64,000 nt of DNA from an uncultured Lentimicrobium sp. (lineage in GTDB: Bacteria; Bacteroidota; Bacteroidia; Bacteroidales; Lentimicrobiaceae), in contig CAZXQT010000003.1 in NCBI GenBank assembly GCA_964643225.1, forward strand, positions 45,504 to 109,503. Reading direction: 5' to 3'. The translations under genes were made by a program, and so were the position numbers. The notes beneath the pieces were generated by a model. The model saw nothing but the letters and a program-made list of their open reading frames with translations. It searched no databases and had not been told where the DNA came from. Positions 57,624 to 64,000 of this stretch are shown piece by piece (position 1 is the first letter of the stretch; every line of letters begins with the position of its first letter).

Positions 57624-59252
57624 ATGAACTGTTTTACCATAGGCGGTCAAATCGTTGATGTTGTTGCCGGAAGGGTCTACCCCGGTATTGTAACCATTAA
57701 GGATGGCGTCATCGATTCTGTTGTTGAAGATCCCGGTGTAATTGGACCGCTCATCATGCCCGGTTTTATAGATTCACACATTCACATTGAAAGTTCCATG
57801 CTGGTGCCATCTGAGTTTGCTCGTATGGCTGTAGTTCATGGTACTACAGCAACTGTATCAGACCCTCATGAAATAGCGAATGTGCTTGGCATGGAAGGCG
57901 TTAAATTTATGATCAGGAATGGCAGGAGCGTGCCGTTTAAGTTCTATTTTGGCGCTCCCTCATGTGTTCCTGCAACATCATTTGAAACATCGGGTGCCGT
58001 GCTTGGCCCTGAACAGGTTGACGAAATGTTGTCATGGCCTGAAATAAAGTATTTGTCAGAAATGATGAACTACCCCGGTGTTATATATGAGGATGCACAG
58101 GTAATGGCAAAACTTGCAGCCGCCAGAAAGCACAATAAACCGGTTGATGGGCATGCCCCGGGGCTATCAGGTGAAGACACCATTAAGTATGCATCGGCAG
58201 GAATAACAACCGACCATGAATGTTTTACCCAGAGCGAAGCGCTTGAAAAGATAAACGCAGGAATGAAGATCCTGATTCGCGAAGGAAGCGCCGCCAGAAA
58301 CTTTGATGAGCTTATACCTCTTATAAGCGAATACCCGCAAATGATCATGTTTTGCTCAGACGACAAGCATCCGGATGATCTTGTTTCGGGGCATATAAAT
58401 TTACTGGTAAAAAGAGCTATTACTGCTGGCTATAATTTTATGGATATAATAAGAGCTTGTACGTTAAATCCGGTGCTGCATTACAAGCTTGATGCCGGTT
58501 TGCTGCAGCCTGGCGATAGTGCAGATTTCATTATTGTTGATAATCCGGAAGACTTAAACATAACAGCCACCTATATAAACGGAGAGAAAGTAGCAGAGGA
58601 AGGCATTTCACTTATAGGAAGGCAAGAGGTACAACCTATAAACCATTTTAATGCAATGGAGCCCACGCTGACCGATCTTCAGGTGAAAGCCGAAAGTGAA
58701 AGTCTTAAGGTTATACAGGCTTACAGTGATCAGCTGGTAACAAGTACCGTAATCGTCAGAGCTAAAGTCGCAGACGGCAATGTACTTAGTGATCCTGAAA
58801 ACGACATTCTAAAACTGGTGGTTCTAAACAGGTACAATCCTTCAAAACCTTCTGTAGCCTTTGTTAAAGGCTTTGGACTTAAACAGGGGGCTTTAGGATC
58901 AACAGTTGCACACGACAGCCATAATATTATTGCAGTAGGAACAGACGAAGTTTCGATACTGCAATGCATAAAAACATTAATAAAAAATAAAGGCGGTATA
59001 TGTTTATATGCTGAGGATCAAAATATTTCACTATCTTTACCCGTCGCTGGTCTGATGTCTGCAGATGACGGTAATACCGTTGCAGAGCGTTATCAGCATA
59101 TAAATAATGCTGCAATACAAGCCGGTTCAGCCTTTGAAGCGCCATTTATGACACTTGCATTTATGTCGCTGCTGGTAATACCTGAGCTAAAACTGAGCGA
59201 CAAAGGCATTTTTGATGGACAGAAATTTAGTTTCACAAATTTGTTTAATTAG
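57624..59252 (+). CDS. ade: Adenine deaminase
   Basis: PGFIDSHIHIESS, DPHEIANV, LSEMMNYP, DGHAPG, TDHEC, REGSAA, CSDDKHP, AHDSHN. Confidence 0.95.
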   Translation: MNCFTIGGQIVDVVAGRVYPGIVTIKDGVIDSVVEDPGVIGPLIMPGFIDSHIHIESSMLVPSEFARMAVVHGTTATVSDPHEIANVLGMEGVKFMIRNGRSVPFKFYFGAPSCVPATSFETSGAVLGPEQVDEMLSWPEIKYLSEMMNYPGVIYEDAQVMAKLAAARKHNKPVDGHAPGLSGEDTIKYASAGITTDHECFTQSEALEKINAGMKILIREGSAARNFDELIPLISEYPQMIMFCSDDKHPDDLVSGHINLLVKRAITAGYNFMDIIRACTLNPVLHYKLDAGLLQPGDSADFIIVDNPEDLNITATYINGEKVAEEGISLIGRQEVQPINHFNAMEPTLTDLQVKAESESLKVIQAYSDQLVTSTVIVRAKVADGNVLSDPENDILKLVVLNRYNPSKPSVAFVKGFGLKQGALGSTVAHDSHNIIAVGTDEVSILQCIKTLIKNKGGICLYAEDQNISLSLPVAGLMSADDGNTVAERYQHINNAAIQAGSAFEAPFMTLAFMSLLVIPELKLSDKGIFDGQKFSFTNLFN

Positions 59253-59316
59253 TTTAGATGGTGGGATTACATATTATTTTTTCATAACTTTGCAAAAAAA
59301 CTAAACCCTAAGCGAC

Positions 59317-59616
59317 ATGGCAAAAGAAATAGTATTAGACATTGTTAAGCTCGAGGCAGCTGCCAGTAAATTGAGAGCAATCGCACACCCTATGCGTATT
59401 GCTATTATCGATCTGTTAAATGAGAAGAAGAAACTCAGCGTTACCGAGATTTATGAATACCTCAAAATAGAGCAGGCAGCAGCATCACATCACTTAAACA
59501 TTCTCAAGAGCAAAGGCGTTCTCCTTTCAAAGAGAGAAGGTAAACAAATTCATTACTCTGTAAAAGCTTCCTCATTAACGGAGATTGTACAGTGTATTGA
59601 TAAGTGCAACGGTTAA
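59317..59616 (+). CDS. ArsR/SmtB family transcriptional regulator
   Basis: LRAIAHPMRIAII..L, EQAAASHHLNILK..G.L...REGK...Y. Own -7 box TAACTTTG at 59285-59292. Confidence 0.88.
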   Translation: MAKEIVLDIVKLEAAASKLRAIAHPMRIAIIDLLNEKKKLSVTEIYEYLKIEQAAASHHLNILKSKGVLLSKREGKQIHYSVKASSLTEIVQCIDKCNG

Positions 59617-59685
59617 TCGTGCATCTTCAAAACGCTTCTTAAAAAATATTTTTAAGAGTCAAAAAATTTCATCAGCCGGGGAGTA

Positions 59686-61563
59686 CTACTTTCCGGCTGA
59701 TGAAATTTGCCATGGTTCGTCCACAGTCCAGTTGGCTCTTAGTTCTATCTCTGTCGGATAGAAGATCACCCTTTCGGGGAACCGCTTTAACAGGTATTTA
59801 CCGGTGTCCCATTTACCGTTGTTATTTCTGTCGTGGATTGCTTTCACTTTGTACTTGCCAGGAGTTAGGTACGAAAAGTCGATCTGCTGGTCGTCTGATA
59901 TGAAGTATTGCTCCAGTACCTTGTCCTTTGTATCAAGCAGCTGTATGATGTAGGGCTCGGGTTCGGGCAAATCAACCCGCAGTGTGAGGCTTGAAGTTTC
60001 CTCCTCTGTAAAAGGAGTGAATTTGTATTGAGTACTATCGTTTGCCAATCCCATAATGCTTTGAAATACGCTGTCCCGGACAGTAAGAGTATATCTGGTG
60101 CCTTGTTTCCAGGGGTATTTGATTAAAAGTTGTCTTTTCAATGAATCAGTGAATCCGATATCGGCATCAGTGATTACAATACTATCCATTTTTAGTTCCA
60201 GTGCTTCTGTGTTACCCAAGGCAATCGGATCAGGGAACGAAAGCCGCAGGCTGCTGCCGGGTTTAAGCTTACCGGTAACCAGGTTACTGGTCATTTTTAA
60301 GCTCTGTACCTGGGGCTCTTTATTTTTATTAATGTTTTTATCTGCCGGCTTAACAGCCATTTCGACCGTGTCGGGCACCATACCGCTCTCAAAAACAACA
60401 ATCTGAATACTGTCGGCATCATATCCGGGCAGCCACATGGTTATCGAATCGTTCATTCTGTTGGCTGCTGTGATCATCCTGCTGGAAAAACCTTCGTTAA
60501 GTATTTTAAACTGAGGATTTTTTGCAGGTGCCTTAAAGATAAACTGCAGCACATTTTGCCGCAGAAGTTGCGTTTTCTGCAGATCCTGCACTGTGTCAAT
60601 TTCCCTGAACTGCAGCAATAAAAGCTTATTTGCAGCCAAAACTACCGGTTTGAGTACTGAACTGTCAGGGATTGCATTATTAAGGGTGTCGGTAATCATG
60701 ATAGTGTCCTGCACCACAGCCATAACCACCGTATCGGCCGGAGCTTCAGTTGGTACAATCACCGAATCGGCCGGAATCCCGGTGGGTATAATCACTGTAT
60801 CTGCCGGAGTTTCGGTTTGCTGCAGCGAGTCATTTAATCCAATGCGTTTGCCGGATTCTTTCGCGGGCAGCCAGGGCATAATCAGTGTATCAGAAAAGGC
60901 AATCTCTTCATTTGGCTGGTCGAACAGGTAATTAGCGTTTATATCACTGAGAGCGAACAGCAAATACGGCTGGTTTCTAAGATTGGTAAGCGAAAAATCA
61001 CCCTGGTCATTTGTACGGGCAATATAATAGGGCAGTTGCTTATAGGGAATGGAGTCGTACACTGAGTCATACAGCATAACATATGCTCCCTTAACCGGCG
61101 CCAGATTAAAGGCACTTATCAGCTTCCCCTCAATAATCATGGAATCAAGCACGCTTCCGGTCGAAAATGTGAACTTGAATCCCGATAGCGGATTGCTTTC
61201 AGTTATATCAACCAGGGCATCTCCGAAAAATATGTTGTACGTGGTTTCCTGTCGCCAGGGATTTTTAAAATCGGCCACCAGACTTTTACCCTTCATCCTG
61301 AAATTCGGTGTCTCGGCCAGTGGCGGCGAAATAATCAACTGCTGGTTGATTTCCTTTAACATAACATACTCATTAAAGGTCAGCACAATCCTGTTGCCGG
61401 TATAATTGGTCGACAGGTTAGGAGGCTGGGCATTGACAATTTCGGGAGGTGTTATATCCTTTGGTCCACCTGTCGGCGAAACAGGATTTGCACAGGAAGC
61501 CGCAACGATAATTAATACTAAAACGAAGTAAAAGAAAGTGTATTTTCGGGTATCGAATTCCAT
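59686..61563 (-). CDS. Ig-like (Big_5-type) domain lipoprotein
   Basis: Lipobox AAS-C, CANPVSPTGGPKDITPP, LTFNEYV, F.FSTG, D.N.NG.WDTG.YL..R.PE. Confidence 0.82.
   Translation of the reverse strand: MEFDTRKYTFFYFVLVLIIVAASCANPVSPTGGPKDITPPEIVNAQPPNLSTNYTGNRIVLTFNEYVMLKEINQQLIISPPLAETPNFRMKGKSLVADFKNPWRQETTYNIFFGDALVDITESNPLSGFKFTFSTGSVLDSMIIEGKLISAFNLAPVKGAYVMLYDSVYDSIPYKQLPYYIARTNDQGDFSLTNLRNQPYLLFALSDINANYLFDQPNEEIAFSDTLIMPWLPAKESGKRIGLNDSLQQTETPADTVIIPTGIPADSVIVPTEAPADTVVMAVVQDTIMITDTLNNAIPDSSVLKPVVLAANKLLLLQFREIDTVQDLQKTQLLRQNVLQFIFKAPAKNPQFKILNEGFSSRMITAANRMNDSITMWLPGYDADSIQIVVFESGMVPDTVEMAVKPADKNINKNKEPQVQSLKMTSNLVTGKLKPGSSLRLSFPDPIALGNTEALELKMDSIVITDADIGFTDSLKRQLLIKYPWKQGTRYTLTVRDSVFQSIMGLANDSTQYKFTPFTEEETSSLTLRVDLPEPEPYIIQLLDTKDKVLEQYFISDDQQIDFSYLTPGKYKVKAIHDRNNNGKWDTGKYLLKRFPERVIFYPTEIELRANWTVDEPWQISSAGK
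60718..60816 (-). repeat. Intragenic 33-bp (11-aa) tandem repeat x3
   Basis: TETPADTVIIP / TGIPADSVIVP / TEAPADTVVMA. Confidence 0.85.
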
Positions 61564-61705
61564 TGAATAATATTTGAATGCAAAGATGCTAATTTTATAA
61601 CTTCAAATGCCTGTTATAAATTGCCGCATACCGGTACTTTTAATGATCTAAACGTTCAATTTATTGTTATTTAACCACTGGTGCGGAAAAAATGAAAAGA
61701 CGGAT

Positions 61706-63757
61706 ATGAAAAAAAACTTCTCTCAGCATATAAAACGGATGTGTAAAAAAAGGAGCAATCGTATACTTTCATTGCTTATCGCGATGCTTGGGCTCCTTAA
61801 CGGACTTGCTGCCCAGCAGCTGGAAGCGTTGCCTCTTCAAAAGCCTGCAGGCGATATGTTTTACCTTCCGGGTAACGGTGTGGAAGCCTGCGCTTTGCAT
61901 AAGTCAGATCATCGCCACCAAAAGCATCCGGCAGATCTTACTGAGAGAGCTTCAATGGATGGAAAAGGACTTCCGGCGCTGTACGATATGAAACACGTGC
62001 AGCTTAACCTTAACATTGATCCGGCACAGGTATATCTGTCAGGATCTGTTTCCCTGCTTATTGAAACCCGTGCCGTACTTCAACAGGTACAACTCTATTT
62101 TTCGACCGATTATATCGTTGACTCCGTTGTTGCCAATGGAGCCCAATTGTCTTTTACGCACACCGAACCATGGATACTTAATATCCAGACAGAAGCGCAG
62201 CTTCAGCCCGGTGCTTTATACAGCTTGCAGATATTTTACCGTGGAGAACCCCTTGAGGCCATCGATTCAGGAACTGTTGGTTTCACTCTCACTAATGCTG
62301 GGCAGCCAACATTCTGGACACTCTCTGAGCCTTATGGTTCTCGCGAATGGTGGCCATCAAAGGATGAGCTGACCGATAAAATTGATTCTACCGATATTGT
62401 TGTGTCAACTCCTGCTCTTTACAAAGTAGCATCCATAGGATTATTGCAAAGCGAGGACGTAGTAAACGGTATCAAAACCACGCACTGGAAGCATCGCTAT
62501 CCTATTGTACCTTATCTCATAGCTGTTGCGGTGGCTGATTATTCCGTTTACACTGACACTTCCTGGTCTCAGGGAAAAATGGTTCCTGTTATTAACTACG
62601 TATATCCTGATGAGGTTAATGAAGTTAAACCAAGTACTGCCGAGACTGTCCCTCTCATGCAGTTCTTCAGTGACCAGTTTACGCAATATCCCTTTGCGGA
62701 AGAGAAATACGGTCACGCTACCTTCGGATGGGGTGGGGGAATGGAACACCAGACCATGTCGTTTATGGGGCATCTTCAGTTCGAAATAATTGCCCATGAG
62801 CTGGCACATCAATGGTTTGGTAATATGGTTACCCTGAACACCTGGCACGATATATGGCTTAATGAAGGATTTGCAACCTACCTTTCGGGTTTGGCTTACG
62901 AGCACTTTCATTACGATACCTGGTGGCCGGTATGGAAATCGTACACCAACGAGATTATAACAACCTTTCCTGATGGTTCTGTATATGTTCAGGATACATT
63001 CAACATAAGCCGTCTGTTCAGTGCAAGGCTCACATACTACAAAGGCGCACGCATATTGCATCTCCTGCGCTGGATTATCGGAGATGATGCTTTCTTTAAC
63101 GCCTGCCGTAATTATCTCAACGACCCACGAATAAAATACAATTTTGCTTCGGTAGAGATCTTAAAGCAACACTTTGAACAGACTTCCGGGATATCACTGA
63201 CATCATTTTTCCATGACTGGTACTATGGTGAAGGTTATCCAACATTTACTGCAGTTGTAACCGGGAATGAACAAGGTGGATATCAGATGGAGCTTTCGCA
63301 GGAAACCTCTGCACCTCAGTCCATTGCCTTTTTTCAACTTCCGGTACCGATCAAATTTAAAGGAGCCGGCAGAGATACAACCATTGTTTTCACGCACACA
63401 CAGAATCAGCAGCAGTTTGCTGTTGATCCGGGCTTCAGAATCGACTCTGTTTTCATTGATCCCGATCAGTGGCTCATTTCGCTGAATAACCAGGCGGTTC
63501 TTACTTCTGGAGAACCTGGTGAAATTACTGCCTGGACGGTCTATCCGAATCCTGCAACAAATAAAATCCGCGTAAGCGGAAACTTAAATGAATCAGAGTT
63601 GATTGTTCGCGATCTCAGCGGAAGGGTGGTAATGCAGGTAAAAGGATTTGCACAGGGAGAGGAAATAGACATTAGCAGGTTAATGCCGGGTATCTATCTC
63701 ATTTCAGGCAGCAAGGCAACCGGCAACAGAGGAGTTCGTTTTATGAAATTGCCTTAA
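61706..63757 (+). CDS. M1 family aminopeptidase with type A T9SS C-terminal domain
   Basis: GGMEH, HELAHQWFG...NEGFATY (HEXXH-18-E), YYKGA; CTD VYPNPAT..I......RDLSGRVV....IDISRLMPGIYLI...RFMK. Signal peptide ends LAA-Q. Confidence 0.92.
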   Translation: MKKNFSQHIKRMCKKRSNRILSLLIAMLGLLNGLAAQQLEALPLQKPAGDMFYLPGNGVEACALHKSDHRHQKHPADLTERASMDGKGLPALYDMKHVQLNLNIDPAQVYLSGSVSLLIETRAVLQQVQLYFSTDYIVDSVVANGAQLSFTHTEPWILNIQTEAQLQPGALYSLQIFYRGEPLEAIDSGTVGFTLTNAGQPTFWTLSEPYGSREWWPSKDELTDKIDSTDIVVSTPALYKVASIGLLQSEDVVNGIKTTHWKHRYPIVPYLIAVAVADYSVYTDTSWSQGKMVPVINYVYPDEVNEVKPSTAETVPLMQFFSDQFTQYPFAEEKYGHATFGWGGGMEHQTMSFMGHLQFEIIAHELAHQWFGNMVTLNTWHDIWLNEGFATYLSGLAYEHFHYDTWWPVWKSYTNEIITTFPDGSVYVQDTFNISRLFSARLTYYKGARILHLLRWIIGDDAFFNACRNYLNDPRIKYNFASVEILKQHFEQTSGISLTSFFHDWYYGEGYPTFTAVVTGNEQGGYQMELSQETSAPQSIAFFQLPVPIKFKGAGRDTTIVFTHTQNQQQFAVDPGFRIDSVFIDPDQWLISLNNQAVLTSGEPGEITAWTVYPNPATNKIRVSGNLNESELIVRDLSGRVVMQVKGFAQGEEIDISRLMPGIYLISGSKATGNRGVRFMKLP

Positions 63758-64000
63758 AGCAATACCCTTTAGTGCTGCAATACTCAAGAAACCTCGGCAA
63801 TGCCCATAACATACGGTCTGCTGCCTTTATGCTGTCGTGAAACACAATAATAGATCCCGGTTTAGTGTGATTAACAGCATTTGCCAGCACCTGTTCTTTG
63901 CTAAGCCTGTTATCGTAATCGCCCGTAACAACCGACCACATCACAATAGTATACTCTTTCCTCAGTCTTCGTATTTGCGATAGTTTGATCCTGCCATACG
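63741..64000 (-). CDS. Polysaccharide deacetylase (NodB family), 3' part only
   Basis: YGRI...VMWSVVTGDYD...KPGSIIVFHDS..A...M..ALP; frame runs off the window edge. Confidence 0.85.
   Translation of the reverse strand, partial: YGRIKLSQIRRLRKEYTIVMWSVVTGDYDNRLSKEQVLANAVNHTKPGSIIVFHDSIKAADRMLWALPRFLEYCSTKGYCFKAIS

Overview
A gene-dense, mostly core-genome 64 kb segment of a Bacteroidota bacterium. The evidence for the lineage is the porP-porK/L/M/N type IX secretion (T9SS) operon, many TAnnTTTG promoter boxes, Gln-first signal peptides and a MurF-Alr fusion. About 53 CDS can be supported. I found no rRNA, tRNA, CRISPR array, transposase, integrase, prophage or recognisable defence system. Contents in order: partial large T9SS cargo gene plus a PorV-family barrel; greA-HIT-GT2-methyltransferase-like-flippase-like genes; aldo/keto reductase; murF-alr and pdxA; kdtA; a degT-wbpD-galE-rfbB sugar-nucleotide operon; a long minus-strand run (acyltransferase, sprE/porW, bactofilin, two AtpZ/AtpI-like genes, PTPS, folE, PLP enzyme, fabD); a P-type ATPase; M23 peptidase-rseP; tandem yitT; the T9SS core; recG, pheT; sigma54 activator-lptE-TPR-secG-groESL; a 5'-nucleotidase; a four-gene mevalonate cluster; adenine deaminase; ArsR; an Ig-like lipoprotein; a T9SS-secreted M1 aminopeptidase. 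The most interesting leads are: (1) a candidate sigma54 chaperone circuit driven by a receiver-less activator; (2) a cargo with an atypical C-terminal sorting domain paired with its own PorV paralogue; (3) folE plus a CX5HGH-type PTPS translationally coupled to a PLP enzyme; (4) apparent loss of dxr at its usual site together with a mevalonate cluster; (5) a GT2/degenerate methyltransferase/flippase module. All findings come from reading by eye; no searches were run, and synteny statements about other genomes are from recollection and need checking.
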